Source of the DNA: Epiperipatus broadwayi
Taxonomy: Eukaryota; Animalia; Onychophora
Direction of reading: 5' to 3'
DNA: 64,000 nt
Assembly: GCA_028023455.1 (NCBI GenBank)
Contig: JAQFVV010000007.1
Coordinates: 15,500,001-15,564,000, forward strand
Positions within the stretch are counted from its first letter, which is position 1; each line of letters begins with the position of its first letter. Of the stretch, positions 24,008 through 36,808 are shown one piece after another. The notes under the pieces were generated by a model. The model was given only the letters and a program-made list of their open reading frames with translations. It made no database searches and was not told the DNA's origin. The translations under genes were made by a program, and so were the position numbers.

Positions 24008-24320
24008 TATCATCAACCATTATCAATCAACTGCAGGATAAAGGTCTCTCCAAGTTCAATCCTTCTCTGATCTCTAGCCTCTCTTTTTCACATAATCACA
24101 GAACATTTTCTTGTTTTGTCCAATCCATAACACACGTGGTCCATTTCTAGGTCTTTTTACAAATCCAGTTTAAAATTTTGTCCATCTATTATCATTTCTT
24201 CTAGGAATGCGTCTAACTTAACCCCAATCTCTTAAATTCTTTATGTCAATTTAACACTTGTTTTTTCTCTCATCCATGTATTCCTTTTTGAATTTTTCTT
24301 GTTACTTATAACATGCATTT
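24008..24320 (-). mobile_element. Degenerate 5'-truncated RTE copy
   Basis: catcaaccattatcaatcaactgcaggataaaggtctctccaagttcaatcc matches the RTE 3' end. Confidence 0.85.
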
Positions 24321-24404
24321 ATATTTGTGTTTACGTTCATTTGTATATGTTTGTGCATAACAATCTCTGTGTGTATATATTTATGTATGTTTGATGTCAT
24401 ATGT

Positions 24405-24778
24405 ATCATCATTTTTACCCATTATAAATCAAGTGCAGGACCAAGGTCTCTCCAATTTCAATTCATTTTCTCCAATCTCTAGCCTATCTTTTCTACATTA
24501 TCGCAGAACACCTCCTTGTTTTGTCCATCCATCTTACACGTGGTTTTTTTCTAGATCTTTTTTTACAAATCCAGTTTAAAATTTCAACTGTCCATCTATT
24601 ATCATCTCTTTTCTTTTAGCAATATGCCCAATCCTTCAGTATCTTAATTCTTTATGTCATTTAATACCTATTTGTTTTCTACTCATGTATTTCCTTTTCA
24701 AGTTCTTCTTATTACTCCTAACACGCATTTATCCATACTTCGTTGAGTGGTCTGACGTCTCTGTAATGCTCTTTATAT
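24405..24778 (-). mobile_element. Second degenerate RTE copy, in tandem with the previous one
   Basis: aagtgcaggaccaaggtctctcc...ccatacttcgttgagtggtctgacgtctctgtaatgctct. Confidence 0.85.
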
Positions 24779-27351
24779 ATTTACTTACGTTCACACACGT
24801 TTGTGTAGTGAAAAAATTATTAAAATTATATAAATTGAGATTTATGTTTTCTAAGATTTATTTTAATAATCATTATTTTGCTTTAGTGTTTTTTTTTTCC
24901 GTACCAAAATAAATCATTGTATTAAAATCTTTTAAACGTCATCTTAATTTTTACTTTAATTGGATTAAAAACTGTGTTAGAATTTTCTTTTTTTAAAATA
25001 AACGTTAAGAAACCATCGGTTACCTACGTGCAGTTGTTTTCAAAATGAATTAACTTGACGTTTTGCAATCTTATTAGTTTTGAAAAACACTCCACTTGCT
25101 AAAACCATCTTCAGCGTTTTATTTAAAGCCTAATATTCAGTTTTAAGTAATAACTTCAGGAGAAAAAAAAAAATCTTTTATTATTATTAAACAACGAAAA
25201 AAAAAAAAACTTTTTAGAAAGTTTTATTTACTGCTGCTTACCTATAATTAGCATGTTATAACATTTCACAAAATGTAACGATTTTAGTAGTAGCAAGACC
25301 GAATGCCTACACTATAGCGTTCAAATTTGTTTTAAGATGTTTAATGGCTGATGGTAATTTCCAATACAGCGGGAAAATATGTGCATATCTAGGTATACAG
25401 ATGAATCAACATGCTAAACTTATATAGACTTGCCAAGTCTTATGCTAATACAAACTTAATATTTATATATCACAAAATAGAGACCAGCCATGCTTTTAAT
25501 CCAGGTAACATACATACCATATATTTGTATATCTCTAAATAGAAATCAGCCTTGCTATCAGTTCAGATGACACACAGACCATACATGATTATAAGTAAAA
25601 GACAGAGTGGTTTATTACCAATTACAATGATTCATCCAATCAAAAATAGCAGCACAGAATATATGCAAGGTATAAAATTTGAATATCATGACATTATGAG
25701 CATAGAAAATTGTTTGTTTTTTATTCTGAAGATGCTCTTACCTGTGTTTTATAAGTTGGCATAAATTTAGTATGGATGTAACAATAGCTGGCTTCTAAAA
25801 TCATTAATGCACTAGCTTGCCATGCATATTAAAACTAGTATCTATTACTATATTTTGAGAATGTAACAATACTTTTATGAGCCATTCTGCTATGATTATG
25901 ATAACTGGTTGTATCAAAAATACTTAGCATTAAGAAATCTTTCTTTTCATAATTTTAATGTTTTGTCTTTAAATGTCATGATATTTACTTTTCATTGCAT
26001 AAACATGATTACTAACTTAAAACCAGATGGTATCATCAAACATCCAGAATCTAATCCCCTACCCCCAATTCAGCAGATATCTTTTGTTCCTATTGCTCAT
26101 GCCAATAGCTTAAATTTTTAAGTACCCCAAGCTTTTGACAATAATCAGAAATTTAATGGAGTATCAGTTTGACGTCTGATAATCAGCAATTACTCTTGCT
26201 TACATAGATGGCTTATAAATAATCTAAGTGGATTATTTATATATTGCAATTTGAAAGTATAATTGACTTAGTTAGTCTGCTTTCAGAACAGGTTATATTT
26301 ACCTGTTTAATGAGGTTTATTTAAATTTCTTTGATTTAATAATGTTCTCTTTATAATCAAATTGCAATTTTAAGTGTATAAATATACAGGTTGCCTAGAC
26401 AACAAATTGAGATTGTTGATTTTTATTGATATTGATTAAGTGTTGACAGCTTTTATTTATATAGTATATAAACACAAATACATCTATGTGCTAATTTGCA
26501 TAATATAAAATATGAATAGCTGAAATAATTTTTGCAAGAATAAAAGCCAGATTTATCAGAAACAACAATTAAAGTAAAAAAGAATTGGTTATTTAATATC
26601 AAAATTCCAAGTGTGCCTAATTATATCCTATTAAATCCCTGATTCATTATTAGAATTAGTAGTGTGAACCTCCGCGTGCATTGGAATTTTAGAAGGTAAA
26701 TAACTTTTTTATTTATTTTGATATTTGATTGTCATCGTCTTACTGTCTTAAAATTGTGCTTAACTGTTAATATTTTATTGTATGTGTTCTCTATTTAACA
26801 TATTAATGCGAATATGTTTTTTTATTTAAAATTTGATTTATTTTTATGAATCTACTTTTTCAACAGGGTTTTTATTTAAGTAGGAATGGTCTATTATTTT
26901 TTTTAACATCTAATTATTTATAATAATGTTAGCACCGTAAAAATTTTATTGACTAAAACTACACGCAAATTTGTTTCTCCATTTAATTATAGCAAATAAC
27001 CTAGGAATTATAAATTGGCTTGACTAATATTTTTAAATAAACTTTATTAAAAATTGTTAAAATTGATAAAAAATTGTTAAAATTGATACAAAGTAGTCAT
27101 GTGATTTTACCTTTGTTTAGTCTATAACTTTATTTCATAATCACTATTAAATTTGAAAAATCAATCTGACATTTAACTATTGTTACAATTTATATTTATG
27201 GTTATTCTATTATTTTGTTGCTTGATGTATCGTCTACAGATTAGTTTATAATCATTGCTAATCTCATTTTATTGTTTTTTCTTTGTCTTCTTTTTTTTTT
27301 TTTGAAGTTAGGCAGGGTAGCCATATTTATTTTTGAGTAGCTGCTAATGAT

Positions 27352-27445
27352 ACGAATTTTATATGTCCATTCTCGAATGAAGAACGAATTCCATATGTCC
27401 ATTCTCGAATGAAGACTTTCTACAGAATTTCATATGTCCATTCTA
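27352..27445 (+). repeat. Short tandem repeat, about three ~33-bp units
   Basis: gaatt(t/c)(t/c)atatgtccattctcgaatgaaga repeated. Confidence 0.85.
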
Positions 27446-27883
27446 AAACTATTTTGTTCATTTTCTTACAGAGTCAACACATCTAGTTTTTCTATTACAA
27501 TATGCACACTTTATATCTTTCAATTCTTTATTATTTTCTTTTGTATCTTTTAAATTCTCTCCACTCTACAAAAAATTCTAGTCAGCATTATTCAATTCTC
27601 CATTTTGTTTTTTACAAGCTTTATTTAAAGATTCAGTATATATATATATAATCGAAGATTTTCATAGGCTGCAAATGGTTTGTTTGATAGGAACATATTG
27701 TTATTTATGAGATAGTGATGTTAGGTTGTATTATCTTTATTTTCATTTTATTATAAATGGTGCTGCAATTGTTGGGGCATTATTAAACAAGGACCATTCT
27801 CTCATGGCCCATATTTTTATATAAATATATACATTTTAATAAATTATACATGGATGTACCCATGTAATATTTTATTTATATAT

Positions 27884-28151
27884 GGAAAGAATTAAGAGAC
27901 TGAAATAGAGTTGGGCTGGACATATTGCTAGAAGCAATGATAATAGATATAATAGATTAAAAGTTGAAATTTTAAATTGGATATCAAGAGATTTTAAAAG
28001 ACCTAGACAGTAATCACATGTGAGATGGGTGGTTGAAATAAGGAAGTGTGTGGGGGTGATGTGGAAGAAGAGAGGACTAGAAATAGGAGATGGATTGAAC
28101 TTAGAGAGACCTTCATCCTGCAGTGTATCGATAATGGTTGAAAATGATGAT
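27884..28151 (+). mobile_element. 5'-truncated RTE copy
   Basis: gaaagaattaagagactgaaatagagttgggctggacatattgctagaag...gataatggttgaaaatgatgat. Confidence 0.9.
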
Positions 28152-28322
28152 GGCATTGTCTATAATTACGTATATAATGGAGCCACATCTACAATATTTT
28201 GTTTCAAGCCCCTCCTACTTACATTGCGCATTGTAAATAATAGTCCATGTATTTATTGTTAACAAACTTTGATTATAATAGAACTAATATTATTTATTGA
28301 ACTGTTAGTGTTAACACTTTAT

Positions 28323-28844
28323 ATATATAGTCATCATCATCATCAACAACAACCAGTATCACTCCACTGCATGATGGTCTCCCAAGTTCAATCCATTTCC
28401 GATTTTTAGCTTCTCTTCACATCATCCCTGCATATTTTCTTATTTCATCCATCCATCTCGTATGTGGTCTCGCATGTGTCTTTTACAATATCTTGGAATC
28501 CAGTTTAAGATTTCAATTTTCCATCTATTATCATATCTTCTAGCAATATGTCCAGCCCAACTCCACTTCAGACGTTTAATTTTTCATTGAGGTCAGTAAA
28601 ACCCGTTTGTTCTTTTATCCATATATTGCATTTTTGATCTCTTCTTGTTACTCCCAACATGCATTCCTCCATACTTCTTTGAGTGGTCTGAAGTCTCTGT
28701 ATTGCTTTTCTATTAAGTGTCCAAGTCTCAGATCCATAAATAAGAACTGGTAAAACACATTTATTAAAAACCTTCCTTTTTAAATACGCAGGTGTATTTC
28801 CTTTTAGTATCAAATTATTTCTACCAAAAGCACTCCAAACAAGT
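28323..28844 (-). mobile_element. 5'-truncated RTE copy
   Basis: ORF 28568-28813 [29 protein letters not shown]; (GAT)n tail at 28331-28343. Confidence 0.92.
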
Positions 28845-30856
28845 AAGTCCCTTTTCTTGGTTTTTGCACAGACATTTTGGTTAATTAGTCATAAATGGTA
28901 ATTAGTAATACAATTAAATAAATTAATAATAAAATTTGATAAATTGGGAATACAATTCGATAAATTAGTAATAAAATTAGTAAATAAAATCAGCAATAGT
29001 TGAACGATCAAAATATAAAATAAGCAATCAAAAAATATTCAATTCTTACAATGGCGGATCAGACACTGTAAAAAACAAAAACACGTCTCACTTGGTCAAC
29101 ACAAGCAGGTAAAAAACATATTTACCCAGAATTCACCCAAGTATTTTAAAATCTCGAAGGTGACCACGAAAACACTTTGACCGCTTCTATCGATTAGTCA
29201 TGCCAATGTTTCAGTTGCCATGACATTGTTTTGGTTCTTCGACAATTATATCTACCGGTGGGTTGTGTAGTATGTCATAGCTTAGTAAATACTCAAATAC
29301 CTACATAAGTACCAAATTTTTTGATTAAGGTATTGTTTTACAAAGATCTAGACTTTTTATAATCAGAGCTTTAATTGATCTTAGTCCCATAGTATATCAT
29401 TTTTAGTGCTTGTACCATAGAGTGACCATCTCTGTTGTAGTTAAAATAGCTTCAAATAATCTTTAGGGTGAAAGTTTCTTTTCTGTCAATACTCATAAGA
29501 AAAATAAAAGCACAACAGGTTAGCTAATTGTTGTGTGGTGAGTTTAAGGTTTTTCTTTCTAGTTTTACTCCTAGCTGAGAAAAGTTACATACCTATTATA
29601 ACTGGATTTCTACAGGTCACTATTTGAAAGAAAAATTCCGAGCTTTCTTATAATCAGAAACAAATTATCAGCCGGCCTGAATTCACACCACATAAGAGGT
29701 GATCGGTGGATATGCTAGTTACTGCGTTGAGATTTTTTTTTAATACTGCGCATGAGTAGTAGAATTAAATGCATCTTAAAAAATAGAAGAGTAATTGTTT
29801 GAATAATATTTTATATGTATAATGAAATATTTATTTTTTCTATATAATTTTATTTTTCATTATAATTATTAAAAACTTGTATTTTTTATTATTTTTCTGT
29901 TGTAGTTTTTTTGAATTGTGTTCACGGTAATATTGTAATGTTTACAGAGTAATGGAATGGCTATTAATATCGTTGTTATTAATTTCCATGTGTGTTTTGG
30001 AAACATATATTAATTATTTTTTCTTATTCTTTTTTCTAATGAAATTATTGTTTTTTCCCTTTATTTTAAATTAAAATAAATGAATACAAAGTACCATAAT
30101 TATTGTTTTGCAAAAGAAAAAAAATTAATTCATCAGGCAATTAGTCTTTAACTTTTTTTAATTTCGTGTGTTTTACTCCTTTTTCTGTAAATTATTTTAA
30201 GCCTCATCTTTTTCGTCATCCGTAAAAATTAACTTTTTTTTTTTTAAATATATAAAAAAGACTTTTCAGATGTTGACCTAAAAAGGTATATTGCTGATTA
30301 AACATAAAAGCATTTAGTGGAAGAAAGTTGCTGAAATTGTTTCAGTTGTAAACAAAATATAATTTTTCATACTAAAACATCTGCATTTCAAATATCTAGT
30401 AATCATTTTGTTTTATACATATATATATATTAAATATTAAAATATTATAATGTGATTTCATTTATATTTCTTTTGTAAAACTGATGAATTGATTCTATTT
30501 GCTTTAGTTTCAAATAACAACTTTATTCACACCTTAAGAAGATACATATGGATATCATTTAACATCTTTCTTATTATATGTTACATGCTTACAATGTGCA
30601 GTGGCTCTACAATGAAAACAATAAATAAGAAAACTAATGGTAATAAAAAAAATTACATAAAAATAAGCTACTTAGGACTTATTTGGGTCAATTAGTTGAC
30701 TGACGCCAAATTCAGGGTTTTAACAATAAATAACAATTAAATAAAAAGGACTGGATTATATTATTGTGACAACTTTTAGACTCTGCATAGGAGTCATTAT
30801 GTCCAGTTAATTAGTTTTGCCATGACAGTACGATAAGTACCTAAGTGTTTTGATCT

Positions 30857-31900
30857 TCAGATCTCCAGTTGGTCCCATGTCTGACTGGCTAACCAGTGCT
30901 GGCATACTTTCCAATCGTATTCTTTGGCCTCACCAAGTAACTTGAGGAAAAGCTCTTCTGGACTATTATTCAATCCATTGTCAAAGATTTCATATTTCGC
31001 ACTATCCATATAGCAAAATTTATAAAGATGGCCAGTCTAATTTTACCATAAAGGCCACCCTTTACCACCTTTGCGATATTTGTACCTGTAAGGTCTGCTT
31101 CCCTGAATCTTTTAAGGGCACAATGACATAGATTATTCCATGTTTCACATTGATCTAGGATATGACTCATTGTCTCTTCATTTTTATTACACATCGGGCA
31201 AATTGGATCTATTCTATATCCCTGCCTGTAACACAGAACGGTACTTGTTGGGAGGGCTCTGAGGTTGACTTTTATCAGGAAATCCACCAGCTTAGGTTCG
31301 AGTTTTATCCTTTTTGCCAACCTTGCAAACCTGGGAGTGCTGATTGAGAGAAGACTCTCCACTGTGGACTCATTGTTTTGTGTCATACTAAATGCTTCCC
31401 AATAGTTAAGCTTGAAGCCAAACATAGTCGCTGATGTCTTAGTTTTCCCTACAATCATTGACACTTGTTGCAACCAAATGCTTGTTTGTTTGGGCGGAGG
31501 GCGATCCATTGGTTCTACCTTCACCAATGGCAAGGGGCTTTCCATACATGGGTTTTGGCAAAATAATTTTACTAGTATATTATATGTCCTTTGAAATAGG
31601 AATGTGGAAATTGAATGTAGTCCAAACCCATTATGAGCCTTCGGTTTTTGGAAAAGACTGAGACTTATGACTGGGGCTTTTCCACCCCAACATAGTCTTC
31701 TGCATTGAGTTTTCACCTTGTGAATGAATGCCTTTGTAGGGGAAAATCCAGCCAGGAATTATGTTATTTTTGGCAATACTATGGCATTGAGAAGGGCGAC
31801 CTTTCCCAACAATGACAACCGGACCTTTGATAGCAAGGTAACTGAGTTTACAACTTTCTTTAACAGGGGCTCTTCAAGCTCCTTCCTCATGATGTAAGGG
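30857..31900 (-). mobile_element. 5'-truncated L1/Tx1-clade LINE fragment (post-RT region and zf-RVT-type Cys/His motif), decayed
   Basis: LSLLGKVALLNAIVLPK*...CWGGKAPVISLSLFQKPKAHNGFGL and CPMCNKNEETMSHILDQC; in-frame stop at 31761-31759; a frameshift near 30975 moves the true end to TGA at 30859-30857; 3' UTR probably extends to about 30520. Confidence 0.85.
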
Positions 31901-32213
31901 CTTTATGTAAACAACTTGCATAAATAATCCATCACCTGAAATGTAGGCAGATATATAACTTACGTATGTTTTATTCAGCTAATTTAGTAAATAATTATCA
32001 AACTATTTGAGATGTAGTTTTCTGTTATTTTTTCCAAACTCTCTTTTGAATTATATAAATTTGCATTTCTGGAGTAATAGAAAAAATAATACAAAACTAT
32101 AGTTCAAATGGTTTGTTAGTAAGTAATAAATTGGCTGAATTTAAACAATGTATTGTTTGATTGTAAAATTCATTGTAAAATCAATATAATGGAAAGTTTT
32201 AAAAAACAAAATT

Positions 32214-32880
32214 GTTTCAATGCTATACCATAATTTGATATAAATATATTAATTTATTAAGCCCAAGCAGATGATATAATAATAACGTGAAAGGTTAAAA
32301 CCTTTAACAGATGCGCCTTAAAAATGCTTATATGACAGCCAATCAGGTGCAATAATGACTGCACAGGGAACTCTCAATTCAAAACACAAGGCAGAAATTT
32401 TATGAGAAAAAGATGGTACCACCTTCTTCTCTACTTAAGTTTATATATAAATTAGTCAGACTAAAGCATTTTGAACTAAGAGCGTGAAGCTTTAAACACC
32501 TTCACACTTAATTCACTAAATATTATATATAAATAAACAACGTGAAATCTTTCGATTTATATTCATTTTACTATGAAGTAATTTTCAAATCTAATGAAAT
32601 GATCATAACAAAAGTAAATATATTAATTTATTAAGTGCAAGCAGATGATATAATAATAACGTGAAAGGCTGAAACCTTTGACAGATGCGCCTTAAAAATG
32701 CTTATATGATAGCCAATCAGTCAAAAGTTTCAATCTTTCATGTTATCATAATTTGATATATAACTTGGAAACATTTTCTAAATCCTTAAAAATGCTTATA
32801 TGATAGTCAATCAGTCAAAGGTTTCAACCTTTCATGTTATCATAATTTGATATATAACTTGGAAACATTTCTAAATCTTT
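32214..32880. repeat. Array of duplicated MITE-like units with ~27-bp inverted ends
   Basis: ataacgtgaaaggctgaaacctttgac (32656) ... gtcaaaagtttcaatctttcatgttat (32746); ~105-bp direct repeat at 32240 and 32618; ~93-bp tandem at 32691 and 32786; a similar end at about 60538. Confidence 0.65.
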
Positions 32881-33248
32881 CTAGAGCAAAAGAATAATAT
32901 TCTTTAGTTAAAATATAAACAAATACCTTTTCCCAGTTTCATTAGTATAAATCCATATTGATCAATCATATTATATTATGTCAATAGTTCCAAATTATCC
33001 AATGTTTTAGTCAGTATATTTAATTTTCTGAGGGGTAGATATATCTATAAGAAATAAAACTATTTTTTAAAAAAAACCTTATTCATGTAAATTTATTAAA
33101 AAGTAAAAAATAAATTTTATTCAGCCTTCACAAATAAAAATGCAGATTGCCCATGATTAAAAATATTCTTAGTTATACTTTGCACAAATAGAAAATAGAT
33201 ATTATTGTACATGACAACCAGAGTAAAAAAAATTCAAAAAACATTAAG

Positions 33249-33563
33249 CACTAATATTATTTTGCCAAGTACCATGTACCTGACTCATGGTGACATATTG
33301 GACGATTATATTTTTTCAAATCATGAAAATATTTAGGGTCATAAGTTTTAGCCTCAAAATATTATTACTGTTTGTAATGAATCCAACAATAGAAAGAGGA
33401 AGTTGAAAGAGGCTTGGTTTATTGCTAAGTCAAATAACATTATCAATCAGCATAATACTAGTGTTCCACTGAACATGCACTGGAATATTAGCTGTTCAGT
33501 TTCCATATGTTGCCATGAGTCTGATACATGATACCAAAAGTGCTTGGCAAAATAATATTAGTG
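33249..33563. repeat. Inverted repeat (arms about 55-60 bp, spacer about 200 bp)
   Basis: cactaatattattttgccaag..gactcatgg.gacatat versus atatgttgccatgagtc..cttggcaaaataatattagtg. Confidence 0.75.
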
Positions 33564-34013
33564 TTTAATATTATTTTAATTTTTTCTACTCTTGTTGCCA
33601 CATTATTTGATAAAGTTATTGTGTTATTTATTTATTAGAAAATGGATATATATATATATTTTATATACATAGTAGCAAATGTAATTCCTGTTTAATATGA
33701 AGCTTTTATTTTTGTGAAAGCTGAAAACATTTTTTTATATTTTAGTACATTTATGTTAATCAGAGCATTTACATTTTTTTTATTAATGCTTTAAGTTTAT
33801 ATACACTGAATTTACAAAATGAAGTTAATTTATTTAATTTTTAAACCTCTATCATCAGTTTAAAACTGTCATTTTCCTTAACTCACTATCTGTCAGCCAT
33901 TTTAGCCACATTTTCTTTATTTTACATTCATTATTTTAATTTCAAAAAAAATCTGCAGATGTCAGTATTTTGAGCAAAACAATTGAATTACTATTGTTCT
34001 AAATGGTATTACA

Positions 34014-34203
34014 AAAAGCTGACTGTCCATACCCTTTTACCATATATGATGCTTAAAAGAGCCAATTGTCCATTTCCTTTTACTATATATAGTACATAAA
34101 AGAGCCGACTGTCCATCCTCTTTTACCATATATGGTGCTTAAAAGAACTGACCGTCCACCCCTTTTTACCATATATGATGTTTAAAAGCCAACTGTCTAT
34201 CCC
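34014..34203 (+). repeat. Minisatellite, about four ~45-bp units
   Basis: aaaagagc(c/t)gactgtccatcc.ttttaccatatatgatgctt repeated. Confidence 0.85.
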
Positions 34204-34264
34204 TGCCATTGTTGAGTAGGAGGTTCTAACTATCAACATCAGAAAGCACACAAAATATTTTATT

Positions 34265-34600
34265 TTCATAATAGATGTGGAACATGAAAACATATTTTTC
34301 ATAATTATTTATATTTATAATTAATTTTTACAATATATTGACTAATACTGTATTTATAGACCTTTATTTAAAAATATTTAATTTTTAGAATAATCAAGAG
34401 AAATGAATAATCCTTGACCACTGTTTATAAATCAATAATATTCAGTGATTGCAAGTAGAAAACATTTAATTTTTCATAATTAATTACATATTTGTAATTA
34501 TTTTTCACAATATACTGACTAATAATGTGGTTAGATTTAGGTTTTCATTAATAAATATTTAATTTTAGAAGAAAAGATGAGAGAAATGAAAAATCAGGAT
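34265..34600 (+). repeat. Diverged direct duplication, period about 190 bp
   Basis: aaaacat..ttttcataatta..tatt..taatt..ttt.acaatata.tgactaata..aaatatttaatttt.agaa..gagaaatgaa occurs twice. Confidence 0.65.
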
Positions 34601-36557
34601 TTCTACTCGCAAGTTCAAAGAAAATCATGATGATTACACATTATGGTAATTCTTTGTTTTACTGCAAGCAAATTTCTTATACTGTTCTTATAATTTTTTT
34701 ATAGTTATATTTGAGTATTTTAATGCATTTATAAATAAAACATGTAACTGATGAGTCGGAACAATCAAAGTTTTACTCAATCTGACAAATAAGAGAAATT
34801 ATTGCATTAAAAATTAAATTAGATTTTATGTTGATAGAGAGACTAAAAAACAAAAGTATATAATAAAAGAGTTTAGTTGATCCAGTTTTGAATGAATCAT
34901 TCAGATTGAAATTATAAAAAGTGCCTCTAGAGATTGAAAACATCAGCGTTATTTATAAAATTAAAAATTTAAATTTTTTACAAATCTTTTCTAAAATTAT
35001 TTGCAAATCCCATATATATATATACTATCATCAGAAATACATATGTGCAGTGTTTCAACTAAAGTAAAAATTGGGAAATGAATAAAAATTGAGTTATGAG
35101 ATTTTATCTAGGTAGATAATAAAAGAAATAGTAAGTGAAAATGTATAAAAAAGAATGAAACACAATCTATTAAATGCTCTAACTAATATCACATCTGATA
35201 TAACCTTTTGACTAATTAATTACAATAACTGATTCTAAAATTTGCAGCTGATTTGGAAAATTAAAAATGAAATGAGCCCCAAATAATGTTGGATTTGAAT
35301 AATATATTAAGATCGAAAAACAGTAATGAGAAATCCCTACAAGATTTTAACAAGTTCACTTGGTACTATATTATTAATACAAAATGTACAACGTATTTAC
35401 TTGTAAGATATATTTAAAATTTTCACTTCACTACACATTCTTGAAATATATGAATGTTTAGTATAGTAGAAGTTTTAAGCATATATTTAAAAATATTCCA
35501 CAAGGATAAGATGAAATGCAGTTGAGTAATTAATTCCATGTGGTTATATACAATTTTAAAAAGATATATTAATCTTTTTAACAGGTTTAAAGTTTATTCT
35601 GAGCTAGAGATATTCTCTAGTTTAATGACTAATTATTAATAATAATTAATGTATTTATCTAAAATGACTGGTGTCAAAATTATGAATGCAGAAAATTTGA
35701 CACAATGTAAATAAAATTGTATTAGTATTTACTTTATCCTCTGTCATATATGCAAACAAATTGGTAATAAGATGCTACTACTAAATTAAAGCTATAAAAA
35801 TTAATGTTGCATACATGGATCTGCTATTCACCTACGGTACTGTGTTAATTAATTATTTCTCTCATAATGACATTTTACCAAAGTTAGAATTTATATCCAT
35901 AAATTAAGTGTCAATAATAATGTTGCTTAAGTAATTATGAATTCATTATTTTTGTCTAAGAAGTCAATGTTGAGGAAAGCCCATAGCAATTAGAATGTAA
36001 TATTAACAAGTTCTGAAAGTTAAATCATTTATACTTCATAGTATTAAAATAAACCTTACTTATAGCATAATATCTTGTAAATAGTATATTTTTAAGAGTC
36101 CTAGTGAAGGATTGGATTGTAAACATTTCCTACTTGCCAAATAATTTTCAAAATTGAAGCTTGGTTTATCACTACTTATTCTTTTTTTGTCCCATGTTTT
36201 GAAATGTCAAGTTGTTTTCTTTTTTTTTTTTTGCAAATTAGTTGAGGTTTAAATGTTCACTACATTTTACAATAATTGTCAGTTTATTGCTGGAAGTTTA
36301 TAACAAGTTTGATCATTGGAAATAATATTTAGATCATAGCCACAGTCTGCTACTTCACCACCACACTAAAAAAGAACTGGCTTATAATCCATGGTCTTTG
36401 ATCATTAGCTTCTGCCACAATCAAGATATATTCAAGTCATATTGAAAAACACCTTTAAATATTTATAATTAAATAAGGTGAAGCATCATAATTTATTTAA
36501 ATTAAGCATCATTAACCACTACTTTATAAATTTGCTTAATTTTCACATCATACAATG

Positions 36558-36808
36558 TAAATGCAATTTATCCACTCTATTTTAAACACTTTTTAGTAAA
36601 AAAAACTTTTTATCGTACATATGTGCCTACTCAATCTTACATTTCAGCGGTTTACATTTATATAGTTATGTAGTTTATTTTGTTAATTATATCATAGCTC
36701 TGAAGAAGACTGTGTGGCAGCTGAAATGTAAGATTGTGTGTGCATATATGTACAATAAAAGATTTTTTGCTAAAAAGTGTTCAAAGTAGAGTGGATAAAT
36801 TGCATTTA
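36558..36808. mobile_element. Fold-back with hammerhead relic (family C) at the start of the right arm
   Basis: Arms 36558-36648 and 36720-36808; CTGAAGA-AGACTG-TGTGG-CAGCT-GAAA-TG-TA at 36700-36730. Confidence 0.65.

Noticed and set aside
34014-34203. CRISPR-like periodic repeat
   Set aside because: Units are contiguous with no unique spacers, in a eukaryotic context with no cas genes; it is a minisatellite. The same applies to 27352-27445 and 40377-40460.
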